Below are positions 1 to 14,569 of a stretch of 64,000 bases of DNA, piece by piece. The stretch spans positions 7,688,001-7,752,000 of the forward strand of contig NC_087437.1 of assembly GCF_036321535.1 (NCBI RefSeq). The letters are read 5' to 3'. This DNA comes from Camelus dromedarius (lineage: Eukaryota). The notes under the pieces were generated by a model that was given only the letters and a program-made list of their open reading frames with translations, did not search any database and was not told the DNA's origin. The position numbers and the translations under genes are program-made. Within the stretch, counting starts at the first letter, position 1. Every line of letters starts with the position of its first letter.

Positions 1-2894
1 GCTTGCAATGTAATCTCCAAATATTTTCTTTTGGGTCCTAAACTAAGTAATTCCAGAGTCCCATACTCCCTTAACCACGCTGAGTTTATGTAGACATTAC
101 GCTCACTGGTACTGACAATTATTCCCATTGCCCTACAAAGACCATCAATTTCGCCAACTTATGCAATTAGAGAGGGTTAACATGATCCTCAAAATCTCAT
201 TTAAACCAAGTTCCTTTTCACTGAACAGCTGCAAGTTTGGAGAAACCTTAAATTGCTTTTCTTCAAGTCAAGTGTCAAGGGAGGGAGTTCGTTTCAGTGG
301 CTTGTTCTGAGAAAGAAGTGGCTTACAAGTAGGAATCATGACACCAAGCCTGTGGGAGCGGACATTTTTCTGCTCACTAACCATTGTCCATCACGTCTGG
401 CCTTCTTTCCCCTAGAGCATCATTGAAAGAGAGAGCCGTGGCTCAGAGCTGATCTGGGCTCAGTTCTCTTTGTTATTTCCCGTCCTAGAAGAGATGCGTG
501 CAGGAGATGTCGCTACATGTCCTACCGAGAGCTAATATTGCTACAGACACCACCATTTCTAGGAAAGAGGCAGAAGCAGACGGGGACGAGGGGTCGGGCA
601 AAGGCTTTGTGAGTGAGGTCAGAATATGGTGCTACCTACATTAACAACTTAGGTAACCACGACTACAAACATCACATAATGAGGCCTTAATGACTGCATC
701 ACTGGGGGTGGTTTTCAGGTCCCATTGTCTCATTGGATACTGACTGAAGCAAATTTAAGAATTGGAGCTGTGTCTACCTAAATGAAGGAGGTATTCCCAC
801 CTAAAACCAAAGCAGCTGAATCTTCTTTCAAATAGAGACTACTCTTATTCTGGGGTTGAGGAGGAAATTTGTTGATTATCCAAAGGCTTTAGGTAACTTT
901 TCTCTCTTACGATATGACATGTTAAAAAGAATATGCATCGTCGTGTCCTACAGCATGGGTAGAAAGAAAGACTAAACGGAAGTGAAACTGAGTTTCTAAA
1001 ACAGTGTGCCCAGAACATTACAGTAAGGCAGAATTAGAAATCAGACTCAGACCTGTGTTTAAATTCCGCTCTTGGACACTCAGCAGCTGTGTGACCCGGA
1101 AAAAAGTAGTAGACCTCTCAGATTCCACACTTGTAAAATACAGTTCCGTTTGTAAAATATTGGTCAGGTTGATCAATGAGAAGTTTAGGCACGATTCATA
1201 TAAAACATGTGGCATGATGATTCTTAGCAAGTGACAGCTGTCACCAGGTCCTGGGTGCACTGTCCTGTCAGGAACTCCTCTGTTTCTCACTGGTCTGTAC
1301 CAGTTTTGTTCTGGCTCCTCCTCTAAACCTATCCCGGAGGAATCTGTGGCTAACTGCATGTGAAAAATTCTTTCCGTTGTAGGTAAGAATGATCTGTTTC
1401 TCATCAGAAGCAGTTTGGTTTTCTTAGATCAAGTAACAGCTCTACTGGTCAAAAACCCAGTCAATGATTTGTTGAGCAAGGATGTTGGAACTATTGACTA
1501 AAGCACATCTTGGAGATATGCTTTGGATCTCAAGCTCCCAAGCTCGTCTTGTTCCTAATTGTTAGAGGTTTTTGAGAGATGCCTATGCATAATTCTGGGA
1601 GAGGAATAAAGTACTTTAATTAGGGAAAGAGGGAACTTGGAACAAAGTAGAAAGAGGAAGGGGAAGAAAACCTTGGCCCATTTCAGTTCAGTAAGCATCA
1701 GTTGATTTGTATCTCTCCTTTCCTTTCTTTTCTTCTTTTCTCTTTCCCTCTTTTATTTTTGTTACCCTAACTTAACATGGAACTTTCTCAAAGTTGGAAA
1801 CGGAACACCTGTTAGAACTTAAAACGTGAAGAATATGTACAAAGTCATCTCCCCAGAAATGTGACCTCATCACTCCTGCCACCTAGTCCTGAACTCCCTT
1901 GATTGTTGCCGTCACATCTCTAGACTTGCTGGAACCCGCTATATATTCCTTCGTGTTTATTCTAGCAAAACTGAAAACAAGCATCTGAAAAGGAAAGAAA
2001 GTAAAGGAGACTCGAATCCCCCAAGTCACCACGGTGAACAGTTGTGTGTCTTCTGCCAGCCTTTTTCTTCTACGCAGAAACAAACTGAAAACACATTGCT
2101 TTGTGGGATGCTGATTTTTCATTAAACATTGAAATAAGAGGGGTCCTTAGCTGCTGCCCAGCTCAGGGAGGCCTCCAGCCGGTTCCGTTCGCCTCCCACC
2201 AGCCCCACTCTCCTGCACAAGGTTCCCGGGGCCCCTGTGCACTGTACTTTGGTTCATTACGCTCCTGGGGCATCTGGAGGAGGGGTGTCTGCCCAAGGCA
2301 CATTCACTGGGGACTGAGCAAAGATCTGAAACACCCATAGGCTGCACTGTAGATGGGTGGTCCTTGGAAGAGGTGTTCCCTGAAGATCAGGTGAAGCCTT
2401 TACCTGATATTTCACCAGAGGATCATTGCTTTCGTGGCTTGGTACAGTACAAACACCGGGAAGAGAGAGGGAGGCTGCTGGGGGCCTTGTCTCCCACGCA
2501 GCTCTGGGTGCCCCCCCAGGGACTCCCCCACCTTTTCAGCATGACCCTTATTTAGTTCATCTCCTCACCCTACCCACCCCATTCCTGTTTTGCTCCTTGG
2601 TTCTGTGATAGTGGACTTTCCATATTGAGAGAGTCTGGAATTTTGCTTCTGCTTATGTGCTAAGTGAGAAGTGAAAAGCCATTAGGGGTTTTTAATCAGG
2701 ACCCTGTCTTTTCACGGATGATTGGAAGCAGCAGGAAGAAAACTAAAGGCAGAGAGAACATCTTTGAAGACTGGGTAAGTGGTGGTTGGGGCCAGGATGT
2801 GATAAAGAGGAGGAGCCACTGGCACTCGGTGTAGACTCACCTGAGACGCTCCTCACTGCCCCACTCTGTGTGTTACGGACTCGAGGGTCCACCA

Positions 2895-2912
2895 TGCAGC
2901 CCCCTGGTGGCT
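2895..2912 (-). promoter_or_regulatory. Candidate CTCF site
   Basis: Minus strand GCCACCAGGGGGCTGCA matches the CTCF core CCASYAGRKGGC. Confidence 0.5.
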
Positions 2913-5900
2913 TGTTGACACACCCGCAGCCCCTGTCCCACACCCTCTCCCCCTCAATGTTATACCTCCTGGACTAATTTCTAAAAACTGCCCAACCTGT
3001 CCTCACGCCATTGAGTATGTAGCACCGAGACAACGGTTATAGAGAACAGGACCCGTCGGATTTACTGTGACATATGAGGCACACCTGAAAGTGTTGAGGT
3101 CATGTCATCCAGACACTGAAAACACTCCGGATGTTACACTATCGGAGTCATCAGTTCAAAAACTAAAGGTCATGAGTATTTATCCTTTAAGATCCAATCA
3201 AAACCCTGCTTGACACCAGGAGCATGCCATGCAAAGGGTCCCCGGCCCGCTTCCCGCTGCTGCGTTATGTTGAGAAATACAACGTGTGTCTCATCCCAGC
3301 GGGGAAGGGGACGATTCACGACTCTGTCTTCTTTCTGTCTGTACCTCCTCATACTAAGTTATTAAACTGTGAACTACCACTGGAAACCTTATCATTAGTT
3401 TTTGCTTATTGCCAAATATAATCTTTGCGGGGGAGGGGCCTACGGGAAGTATGTGTCTTTCAGCTGTAACTATTAGCAGGTCAAATTCTCTCACACCCTT
3501 GTTTCCCAATCAAGAAAAAGTACCGTCAACGGAGACTTGGGATATTCCGCCAGATTTAAACTCTGTGTAATTATTTTGCAATTCCAAAAATACATTTTAC
3601 CATGTAGGGTATAAACCCTGTTTTCTCCCCCCAAGAATTGTATTTATCTATGGAAATTAGAGGTGTTACTAACTTAAATCCTGGCAGATTTCAACCCACA
3701 TGCTAATTACTGCTGCTATACACAGAGGGAGTCAAAACTGACACAAGATTACTGCCCTCTAACCCTGCGTTTGAGAATCCTTCCCACGTCTGGGTTGTGA
3801 GGCTGAGGGATTTTCAGCCTCCCTCCTTAACGCTAAAATGGATTTATGGTACCAGGGCTGATTTGCTGTGGACTGAAAGATGCTGCGTGATCATCATCGT
3901 GCTGATGGCTGAGAGAGGACGAGGCAGACCCCGGGGGAAGTGCTTTGAGTTATTACAGTCATGCAAGGTTGGAGATTTTGTCGGAGGGCGGGGCGGAGGG
4001 ATTGAAGACAGCAGGGAAGGGAAGGATAAGTGAGCAAATTAAGCGTGAAGAGCCTTGCTTTGAACCTGATTGGTAGGTTTTGGCATCTATCCTCTTTATC
4101 TGGAAGAAGTGAGTGGCTTATGCTTTGCTGTCTAACTTTAGAGGTACCCAAAGCCAAAGCCATATTTGGAAGGAAGTTGGTGTGGATCAATATGAAGGAG
4201 CAGCTGAAAGAAGAAAGAAAAAAGGAAAAGAGGGAGGGAGGGAGGGAGGAGGAAAGGAAGGAACAAAATAGGCTACATGTCTCTTACATACGTTCCCTAA
4301 TACACTTTTTTTTTGTCATGTAAGCAATGGAAGGTTGACATTAACCTAGTTCATGCCAACTCTTTACAAAATTTGAATTTAGAGGGACCCATATTAATGA
4401 AGTTTTACTGCATTTATACTATGTCAAAGACCACATCTCACTGTAACTTAAAAGACAAAGTTCAGAGTGATTTTCGCACTTTTCCAGGACACAAAATGCA
4501 GTGACACCTGTGCGTCAAAACTGATGGGAGAGTATTGTCCTGCTGGCAGCTGTTTCCTTGGCCTTTGCCTCATTTTATGCTTTTGGCTCTCAAAATGCAC
4601 CAGTGCGCCTGTGCAAAGGCTCTGTGGGGACAGCAATGATGCTTATCTGAGTGCATAGGTCAAATGGATTCTCAGGACAATTAATGGCCTCTGTTCTGAT
4701 TTGGGTGACGTTCCTGAAAGGTAATTGACAAAGATGCTTTAAAACGTGAACCGAAATATTAGACTCGTGCTAGTCTCCAAGTCCCCGCTATTGCCATCTC
4801 TAGGATCTGACTGACAGCTCGGCCCAGTGCGTTTTTGTTTATTCCAGGGCTACAGCGTTAGTGAAAATGGCCCCCAACTTGAAATGGTGGCCGTAGAAAA
4901 AACTGGAAGTCAAAGCCACCCTGGGATGATCAGAACAGTGCTGGGCCAGGGACACAGCTCATTTATGAGGTTTCCTCATTAGTCACAGACAATAGAGTTG
5001 ACTTATTATGTCACGTTCTTGGGCTACTGAAGCTACCCCTGGACAGAAGAATGTGAGACTATTACAGTAGAGGGAACTGAGTTCCAGAGAGGTGAGCGGA
5101 TTTCCTCGGGGTCACGTGGCCAGTGAATGCGGGAGCCGTGGTGAGATCCTAGGTCTTCTGGAGCCTGTGATGCGGGATCGAGATGGGATTGCTGTGGCAG
5201 AGATACTGGGGAAGATGAAGGAACAGAAACCAGAGGTCTGAGTCAAAAGAGCGAGAAGGAAATCATGACTCCAGACAATCAGGGTGTGTCAGGGAGCAGA
5301 CAGACACTCAGTGCACACTTTACAAGTAGAAGCGCATCACACACACATTTATTGAATGTGTGTTTAACCACACTTTTCAAAAAGTGCAGTAGCAGCTATA
5401 ATAAAAGATGATTTTTATGTCAAATGGGCCCTAAATACAAATCAACTGTTTCATCTGGTGTTCAAATGAAGAAAAAATGATAGATTCTGAGGCTGGATGG
5501 ATTCATCAGCTGTGTTGGAAATTGTGGGGTCTAATACAGTATATACAAAACAAGTTAAAATATCAGAGATTTCTGATTCTCTGTTATCTTTGTTTTATAC
5601 CCAGCTTTGAAATCAACTCCCAAACAAGATGGAAATTCGCATTATTAAAGTTTTTTTTCCCCATCAAAAGAAAAGTGAAGGAAAAGTTATGTGTGAATAG
5701 ATTAACAATCTAGTTCTTAGACAATAACTTTTGCATCATTTTCAAGTGTTTCTGCTCAGGAATGCTTTCTGATAGGAAATCTAGTACAGGAGGTTTAATA
5801 TATTTTAAAAATATGTATTTTAAAATATATAAAAACATTTCAAAATAGAAACCTTAGGTTTGAACTTGGGTCTACCAATGATATCTCTCATGGTTCTTTT

Positions 5901-5929
5901 GCTCAAAAAACAGAATTGAACTTGATTAT

Positions 5930-6425
5930 CACTTTTAAAAATATGTTCTTGAAATAAAACATATATACTGAAAAATACACAGAGCATAAGTGTAGAGTTT
6001 GATGTGTTTTCAAAACCTGAACAGAAAGGTCATAAAATGAAACTGGACCAACCTCTCAGAACTCCCCGATCTGTGTCCTCTTTTAATCACAGTCTCCCCG
6101 AGGTAACCATTAACTGATTAACATCCTAGATTATTTTTGCCTGTTTTTGTATTTAATTTAAATGGACCTGCTCCTCTGTGTCTGGCTATTTTTGCTCACC
6201 ATTATGTTATATTCATCCATTCGATTGTCAATTATTGTGTATTACTCATTCACCTTGCTGTATGTACCATGTTACATTGTGAGAATAGATCTTAATACTG
6301 CCAAACAGTGTTTAAATTCCATGCGCTAATTTGCAACCAGTCAGCAGTGTAGGGGAGTTCAAGTAGCTGTCCATCCTTCCCCAAACTTGGTTATTTTCCA
6401 TCTTTTTTCATTTTAGCCATTCTTG
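5930..6425 (-). mobile_element. Old LINE-1 (L1ME-like) 3' fragment
   Basis: gaaataaaacatatatac..agagcataagtgta, gtgtctggct..ttttgctca, tttttcattttagccattctt. Confidence 0.6.
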
Positions 6426-6460
6426 TGCACAAAGCATTGATCTTTAAATTGACTAAATAA

Positions 6461-7039
<579 letters not shown>

Positions 7040-8119
7040 TGAAATTGTTTACTCAAAAACTCCAGGAGGGAAAAAATATCTTCTTAATAACAGCAACTGA
7101 TAAATATTCATAACTGTTAGCAGTCTGGATTTGGTGCCTATTCCAAAATCACAGACTCTCACAAATTTGCATTCCTCTCTTTGTAATAAAGACTCATTTG
7201 ACGGGAACCAGAAGTCTGTATTCCTATCCAAATGTGATGAAGATAGGAAAACAGTTTCTCATATAAAGAGACACATCACCTTGTTTTATTGGGGAAAAAA
7301 ATAAATTGATAGCAATAAGTGAAGTTAAAATGGTATGATTAAAAATACAGCTCTCCGTTTCCCCTCAAGTGCTGTAGCTCAAAACTGCAAAGTGCAAGGT
7401 TTAACGTTAGATACAAAATTCAGAACCCTGGTGCTTGTTAGAGTGGATCACTGCAAATGTGTATCTGTGTCTTGTCTTAAGTAGCAGTGTAATCATTTGT
7501 TTTAAGACACAAACAAGCTTTTCAATGATCTCTAAAGGATCCTAAGATTTTATATTGCTCACTTTATATCTTCTGTTTATAGCTGATTAGGAAGTTCCCT
7601 GCATTCATGTAAGCAGACAAAAATGAACACTGAAAAAAACGCTACATGATTACATTGAAACAGACATTGGATTAGATATTTTAGTGACCAGAAAAAAAGC
7701 AACTGTTATTGTGGGGATTCCTATCTGATAAATTCTTTATGTGAACCAGCTATTTGACCTTTCAACAGCCATGTCTTTTTAAAAATCTATGTGCGTTTCA
7801 AATATATTATGCCTCTTGAAATGACAACACAGGTGGAGAACCATCATGATTTGATGCCCCCACCTCCAACGTCTGTCATTTGAACTGTTTGCAAATGCCT
7901 CCCCGTTTTCTCGTGTATTTGCATGACTAAATACTGTGGCATATTCTACATACACAAGGGGCAGGGGCTAGCAGTCTGACAATGATAGTTACTTGGATAT
8001 TAGAGCAAGTGTCATGTCCAGTGAGAGAAGAGAAAGTGTGGAGATCAGTGTGCACAGTTTTGGTTTCTGTTTTTACTTTCCTCTGTGGTTTTATAGGAAA
8101 ACAAAAGGTTAAGTATGAA

Positions 8120-8772
8120 CTGTACTGACTCGGAACACTTCTAATACCAAATGCAGATTTTTTTTTTCCAAACTAACAAGCATTTCTACGACTCTCCCGA
8201 CCCCAACTGGGTGTCTTGTAATTTAATTCAGTTTTGACACTATCCAGAGATGGCATCAGTCTCCACAGTTATAAGAAACACTTTACTTACGTTATTAAAA
8301 AGGATATAACTGGGAAACAGCCCGGCGGAAGAGATGCATAGGGCAGCAGAGGGAAGAGGGGTAAGGGGCTGCCTTGGGCTCTCTGGGTGCGCCACCCTCC
8401 TGGCACCAATCCGTGTACATCAACTTTCCCAGTCCTTTGTTCCGTGGGAGTTCTTATGGTGGCTTCGTTGTGTAGGCGTGATTGATTGTATCACTGGCCA
8501 CTGGAGATCAGCTCATTCTTTAGCCCCACTCTCCTCCCAAGAAGGTCAGCATGGGGGGAGCTAAAAGTACCAACCCTCTAATCTTGCCTCGGTCTTTCTG
8601 GCAATGAGCTCCCAAGCTGGAACCATCTAGGGCACCCGCCCCCCCCCCCCCCCCCCCCGTCACCAAAACATTCATTAGCATATGAAAGACCCTCACCTTC
8701 CTGGAGATTCCAAGGGTTATAGAGTTGTGTGCTGGGAACAGGGGACAAAGACCAAGTATATTTCTTATTATG
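8120..8772. mobile_element. MER21-like LTR
   Basis: Recognisable blocks ctgggtgtc..aattcagttttgacactat, aaaaggatataac, ggagattccaaggg..ggggacaaagaccaagtatatttcttattat. Confidence 0.65.
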
Positions 8773-10554
8773 CTGCAGTAAGGATATTTGAATAACATTA
8801 TTATTTAGGTATTAGATATATGTGTGTATATATTATGTATGCTCACTTATGTGCATAGATAGGTATATAAAGCTATCTTTAGAAAGAAATTATGGCTTTT
8901 TTTTTTTTTTTTTTTTTTGCTTCCAAGGGGGCAGTTTAAGCACCCTGCCCTGCACTGAACATGAAGACCATAGCTAATGGTTTCATATAATTTCGGTCAT
9001 CACCATTGTCTTATGCTCCTTGTGTCTGTAGATGGGGGGACTCCCCCTCTTGGAAAACTGCAGCGGATAAAAGGAGTAAAATACACTTATTCATTTGGGG
9101 CTTGAAAGAGCTCGATACAAATACTTTTCCCCACCCAAGTCCTGAACCAACTGAGAAAGTAGTAAGATTAAGGCGGATGGGAGGTCAACGTGTCACCTTT
9201 ATTTCTGATAAAACCGGTAACAGAGAGCGTGGCATGTACCTGTGGCCAATGGACTTCCTCCTAGTGAGCCCAGATGTAGGCAGCGTGGCCTCTCAGCTGC
9301 TAATACTGGGGCAGAGACAGAGCTTCCCACGGTATAACTTAAAGCTTGGAGGACCAGAGCAGAATAGGTGCCCCCTAAAGGCACCTGCTCCCAAGAAAGA
9401 GGAAGGGCCACCCCTACCTGCCAACATCTCCCACCGAACTCCATCATATCAATTCCTCCTCTTGCCCTGGGAAGAACTGAGTAAAGGAGCCGTAGGGAGG
9501 CCAGGTGTGTTCCACTAGCAGAGCTGCTTTCCCAGGAGAGGTTGCACCTGTCACTTGAGGGGTGGAGGTACGTGTTTAAACACTCTGTGGAACCAGTAAC
9601 AATTATTCTCATCCAAAGTTTCATCATAAAAAAGTGGGTTTTACACTTCTATTTAAATAAATGTATGAAACTATGCTTAATCATAGTCCAATTTTGTTTA
9701 GAGAAGACATAAAATACAGAGACTATCTCTTGTAGGGTTTAAAGAAAGAAACATCAAAAACCACTTTTAACGTGAATTGTATAGAGTACATTTTAGAAAT
9801 GTTGAAGTATTTGATAGCAAGTCTCTAAATCTTCATACAGCTTTATGACTCTGTTCCTCAAATGATTATTTCCTATAAAATTAAGTATTACTTCTAATAT
9901 ATACTGAACACTCAAGAATATTCTTTTTCTGTTGCTAAGTTATGAATGTCCCACAAAAATAATGAAGTATTTTAATAGAGGCAGAGTAACTCATGTAAGC
10001 CAGTGTAGTTATAAAATGGTCGTGATCACGAAAAATACTTAGATATATATTTCTCTTTTTTTACCAGCTCTTAATAGGGTAAAATACTTTAAAATTCACC
10101 AATTAATAGCATGTCTTTCAGGAAAGGCACACCTTAGTGTATGGTATTTTTAGAACGTCAAGATGTGCTGGAAAACTCTTAAAATGTCACTATGTAATTG
10201 GAGCAGTATTGTATCTTAGCACTAGAAAACTGTGGGTGAGCATGTGGCCTGATGTGACCTGATACAGCATTTCTTGCAAATGTATCCCTGAAGCTCATCT
10301 AAGCTCTAGAAATAGGGCTCATGTGAATTAGATTAATTGCCTACCAAGGCTCATATGTTGGACTTCGTTTGAGAGATATAAACTGTACTTCTGTTTAAAA
10401 AAAAAACTTATCATTAATACCTACACTGGGTTTTGTTTGAAACTTCAGTATAATGTAAAAGTGGGTTAATAATGAGTTAAACAATTCAAAAAATATTTAT
10501 TGAGCTGCCAGTCTGCCTTCAGGATTGAATTATTGTCTGTAGATTTCAAAATGG

Positions 10555-10975
10555 AGATAGTATGGTTTGGATCATCGGAACCTCAGCTTGAATCCTGGTT
10601 CCGCACACGCGGGCTGTTAGGCCTTAGGCACACTGTTTACCCTCCCAGAGACTAAGTTCCTTCACCTATAAAGTGGGGTAATCATACATGTCTACACTTA
10701 TCTTAGGTTTATAAGAAACAATATATGCAAATCACAAAGCACACGGAATACACTCAATAGAAGAGAGTTGTGGTCATTGTTAAATTCCATATGTTTTATA
10801 AATATAGCTAGCTTATTGAGTCTCTGTTTCAGACTGATGGATTACTTCATTTGCTTTTCATTATAACCCTATGAAATAGGAATTATTCCCATTTTGATTT
10901 ACTCATAAATTGGAGTAACTTGACAAAGTTGACATAGTGAAAAATGGTAGAACCAGGATTTACGCTCATACAAAC
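10555..10975. mobile_element. Two adjacent MIR relics in opposite orientation
   Basis: ttgaatcctggttcc..ccttaggca..ttccttcacctataaagtggggtaat (+) and ttataaccctatgaaatagg.attattcccatttt..gtaacttg.caaagt..gaaccaggattt (-). Confidence 0.6.
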
Positions 10976-11466
10976 TCCAAAGTATACATTCTTTTTATTG
11001 GGAGGTTTTTTTATTGTCTCTCCAAAGAACTCATGGTCTTCTGAGGAACAGAGATTCAGTATTTGCTATGTAGTATGTTCAGTGTCAGCAGAGTGACAGA
11101 AATGGTAAATTCCTCCCAGACAAGGTAAAAAGACAGTGTCAGGCCAGCAAGAATTAGAGCAGCGTCCAGGAGGGCTTCACAGGGCAAATGACGCTGAAGC
11201 AGATCGTCAAGGAGGAGTGGAGTTTGGTAAACGGACAGGAAGGGATGTTGACTGCTGGAGATGAGATAACAAAGAGCTGACCTTTGTCCAGGAGTACATT
11301 ATAAAAGGCGTAGGAGGCGTGGCTTAAAACTTGAAGATTTTGTTATGTCTTTCTGAAGAGTTTGGATGGTGTGGGGATAGAGTTCAGAGTTAGGACAGGT
11401 AGCCCTTGGCAACAGGAGATGAGGGAAGAGGAGGACTTGATGAATTCCAAGTTTCTGATCTGGGGA

Positions 11467-11715
11467 CAGTTATGGACTGAGCTGTGTCCCTTCCACATTC
11501 ACGTGTTGAAGTCCTAACCCCCCGGACCTCACAATGTGACAGCATTTGTATATAGAGTCTTTGAAGAGGTGATTAAGGTAAAATGAGGCTATTAGGGTGG
11601 AACTTAATCCAGTCAAACTGATATCCTTATATAAGGAGGAGGTGGTTTGGTCCCAGGCAGGCAGACACCAGGGCATTCGCGCACGGAGGAAAGGCCATGT
11701 GGGGGGGAGCAAGAG
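11467..11715 (+). mobile_element. MLT1A/B-like MaLR LTR fragment
   Basis: ttatggactgagctgtgtcc..tgttgaagtcctaacccc..ttaaggtaaaatgagg..tagggtgg..taatcc..tccttata. Confidence 0.75.
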
Positions 11716-12859
11716 GGCATTTCCTCTTTTAACCCCAAATCGAAATCCGAAATGCTCTTAGTTCACGTAAGTAGGTCTGAAGTTCTGGTTACTTAAGAAT
11801 CAGTTTATGACGCTCTCCACAATCCACTTTCTAACCCCTATTCCACCTTCTCACCTTCCGGAAGTTTCTGGACAAGCCAGGATGTTCTGTTCACGCTCAG
11901 CTAATAAAAGTCACACTTTTGTTTTTCCTCCATACCTAGGTCCTCCAATTTTCCCTCACATGGAACATCTTTGTTACCTCTTTTTACCATGAAAACCCCA
12001 CATCTTTGTAGCCACTTGTCTGAACCACCTTAGGTCAGAGTGAGGGTCCTTCCCTTAGACCCTGAGGTGCCTCGCTGCTGGCTTAACCCTTCTGATTGTC
12101 TCTCCCACACCAGGGAAGGCCCTGAAGTTGGCAGACTGCTTCACCTCCCTTTCCCTTCCTCCTGGGCCTCCCTGCACATAATAGACACTGAGTAAAACTC
12201 GCTGATGGGTTCCTGTGATGGAAGGGCCTTTGCTTCTGTGACGGTGCTGAGCTTGTTTTAAAAGTTCCTGTAAAAAAAAATTAAATCAAATTAAAACATT
12301 TAAAAAATAATAAATAATGAATAAATAGGAAAACAAATTTTATTAAAAAAATTTTAATAAAATAATAAAATAAAAAATGTTCCTGTCCTCTGCACCCAGT
12401 GGCATGCGTCTCAATTTTCCAAACTTTCCCACAGCAGTTCGTTCATTGTGCTAATTTGGTTTTCCATTCAAAGCAGCGGAGTGTAACAATTCGTGCCTTG
12501 TGTTTTCAGGCACAGGGACTCATGCAGTCATTTCTGGTTATTTCTTGTAGGGTGCCCCAGATTTGGCTTGAAGTGATGGTTGACACTGGGTTATTCAGCC
12601 CCAGACCTGGGACATTCCAATGACCATTTCTAGAAAGTGGGCCCTTCACATTTGCCTGGAGAACGTGGGGATTGATGTGTGAAGCTTTCCACGTTATCCT
12701 CGGTGGTAATACAGGTCAGGACTCAGTGCAGTGACGTTTCTTGGGAGTCTAGCTTTTGGCAGGTTGGCATAAGTAAGTACACTGGCAAAAGTTTTAGACC
12801 GCACCTGCCTTTTCCTGTTACTAAGCAGCTTCAGAAGAAAACAATAGTAATGAATAGTA

Positions 12860-13390
12860 ATTAGATATCAAATGCATTTAGCTACAAGAACCTAAAAACC
12901 TAACATGAGCTTAAATAGTAAGGGCTTATTCTCATATTTTTAAGAGTCTGGAGCTGGGAAGCCCATGGTTGGAACAACAATGCAGCAAGACTGGGGGGCC
13001 CTCTGGCTCTTTTTGCCATTCTGCCCACCTGTCCTAACCTGCTGTTTGCCATCCTCACACTTGTCAGCTGGTGGTCGTAAGATGCCTGCTGCACCAGGAC
13101 TCGAATCTGCTGTGCAGACAGAAAGAGGAATGAAGGTCGGACAGCCAAGGGCTTCTTCCTATCAGGCTGTGCCTTTGTATGAGGAGTAGTGTCCTGCCTC
13201 CTGCCCCACCCCCAGCCTCCTGCCAGGGACTTCCGTGGGCATGTCATTGACCATAACTCTGCCACCTGCATGAAAGGCTAGGCAAGCAAGGTTCTTTTGG
13301 TCTATTGTGTAAACATTTACACCTGTATAGTAGAAATAGGCAAATAGAAAGGGCTTGGAAATGAGGTTGGGCCAGCCAATCTAGAATGTC
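12860..13390. mobile_element. Old MLT1-like MaLR LTR
   Basis: gcttaaa..aagggcttattctca, aagatgcctgctgcacc, gtcattgacca.aact similar to older MLT1 consensus; recalled similarity only. Confidence 0.5.
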
Positions 13391-13720
13391 TATCATTTAC
13401 TGATTATTTTCTATAAGCCAGACAGGTTAGCCAATGGTCCTACAATATGCAGGAATGAGATTTAGGGAGAGTACATGAATTGCCCAAAGCCGCAGTGCTG
13501 TGAAGAGGTGGAGACAGGACGGTAATCCAGGACTGTCCAGTCTCAGAGCTGGAATCTTCCCTCCATACCCTGGGACTTCCTATGAAACAAATGAGAGAAA
13601 GTTAGAAAGGAGTTGGACACAAGGCTGGACTTGTCTCAGTTCCTTCCCCAAACTCCTATACGTGATTGTCATTGAAACTGATAGTTCCTGCCTCAATTCT
13701 TTTTACCATTCTCATTTCTT

Positions 13721-14370
13721 TTTTAGTTGAAATATAGTTAATTTGCAATGTTGTGTTAGTTTCTGGTGTACAGCAAAGTGATTCAGTTATATATATATGT
13801 ATTCTTTTTCAGATTCTTTTCCATTATAGGTTATTACAAGATATTGAATATAGTTCCCTGTGCTCTACAGTAGGTCCTTGTTATTTATCTATTTTATATA
13901 TAGTAGTTTTAGCTGCTAATCCTGAACTCCTAATTTATTCCTCCCCTCCTTTCCCTTTGGTAACCATAAATTTGTTTTCTATGTCTGAGTCTCTTTCTGT
14001 TTTGTAAATATGTTCATTTGTATTAATTTTTTAGATTCCACATATGTGATATCGTATGGTGTTTGCCTTTCTCTGTCTGACTTTCTTCACTTAGTATGAT
14101 AATCTCTAGGTCCATCCATGTTGCTGCAAATGGCATTATTTCATACTTTTTTATGGCTGAGTAGTATTCCATTGTGTGTGTGTGTATATATATACATATA
14201 TACACACACACATACATGTATATCACATCTTCTTTATCCACTCATCTGTCGATAGACATTTAGGTTGCTCCCATGTCTTGGCTATTGTAAATAGTGCTGC
14301 TATGAACTTTGTGGGTGCATATGTCTTTTTGAATTAGAGTTCTCATCTTTTCCGGATATATGCCCAGGAG
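13721..14370 (-). mobile_element. LINE-1 3' fragment (older artiodactyl-type 3'UTR)
   Basis: [29 protein letters not shown] (ORF2 C-terminus) and L1 3'UTR; TSD accattctcatttctt / accactctcatttctt. Confidence 0.9.
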
Positions 14371-14409
14371 TTTTAACCACTCTCATTTCTTATTCAAAGT
14401 CCTCACCAC

Positions 14410-14560
14410 CCAAAGTGTAGTCTGAGAACCTGACACATTAGCATCACCTGGGAGCTCATTAAAAATGCAGAATCTCAGGCCCAACATCAGCCCTCTGACT
14501 CAGAATCTGCATTCTATCAAGATGGTTTATAGGCACATCTGAGTCTGAGAAACTTCACAT
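14410..14560. mobile_element. MER5A-like hAT DNA transposon relic
   Basis: gcatcacctgggagctcattaaaaatgcagaatctcaggccc..tcagaatctgcatt. Confidence 0.75.
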
Positions 14561-14569
14561 TATACACGT

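Noticed and set aside
3920..4080. Internal promoter (GC box and reverse CCAAT)
   Set aside because: Isolated motifs without a CpG island or a downstream first-exon signature; support is too weak.
9006..9627. 170-aa (+) and 142-aa (-) ORFs
   Set aside because: No recognisable domain, homology or convincing exon structure; consistent with chance ORFs.
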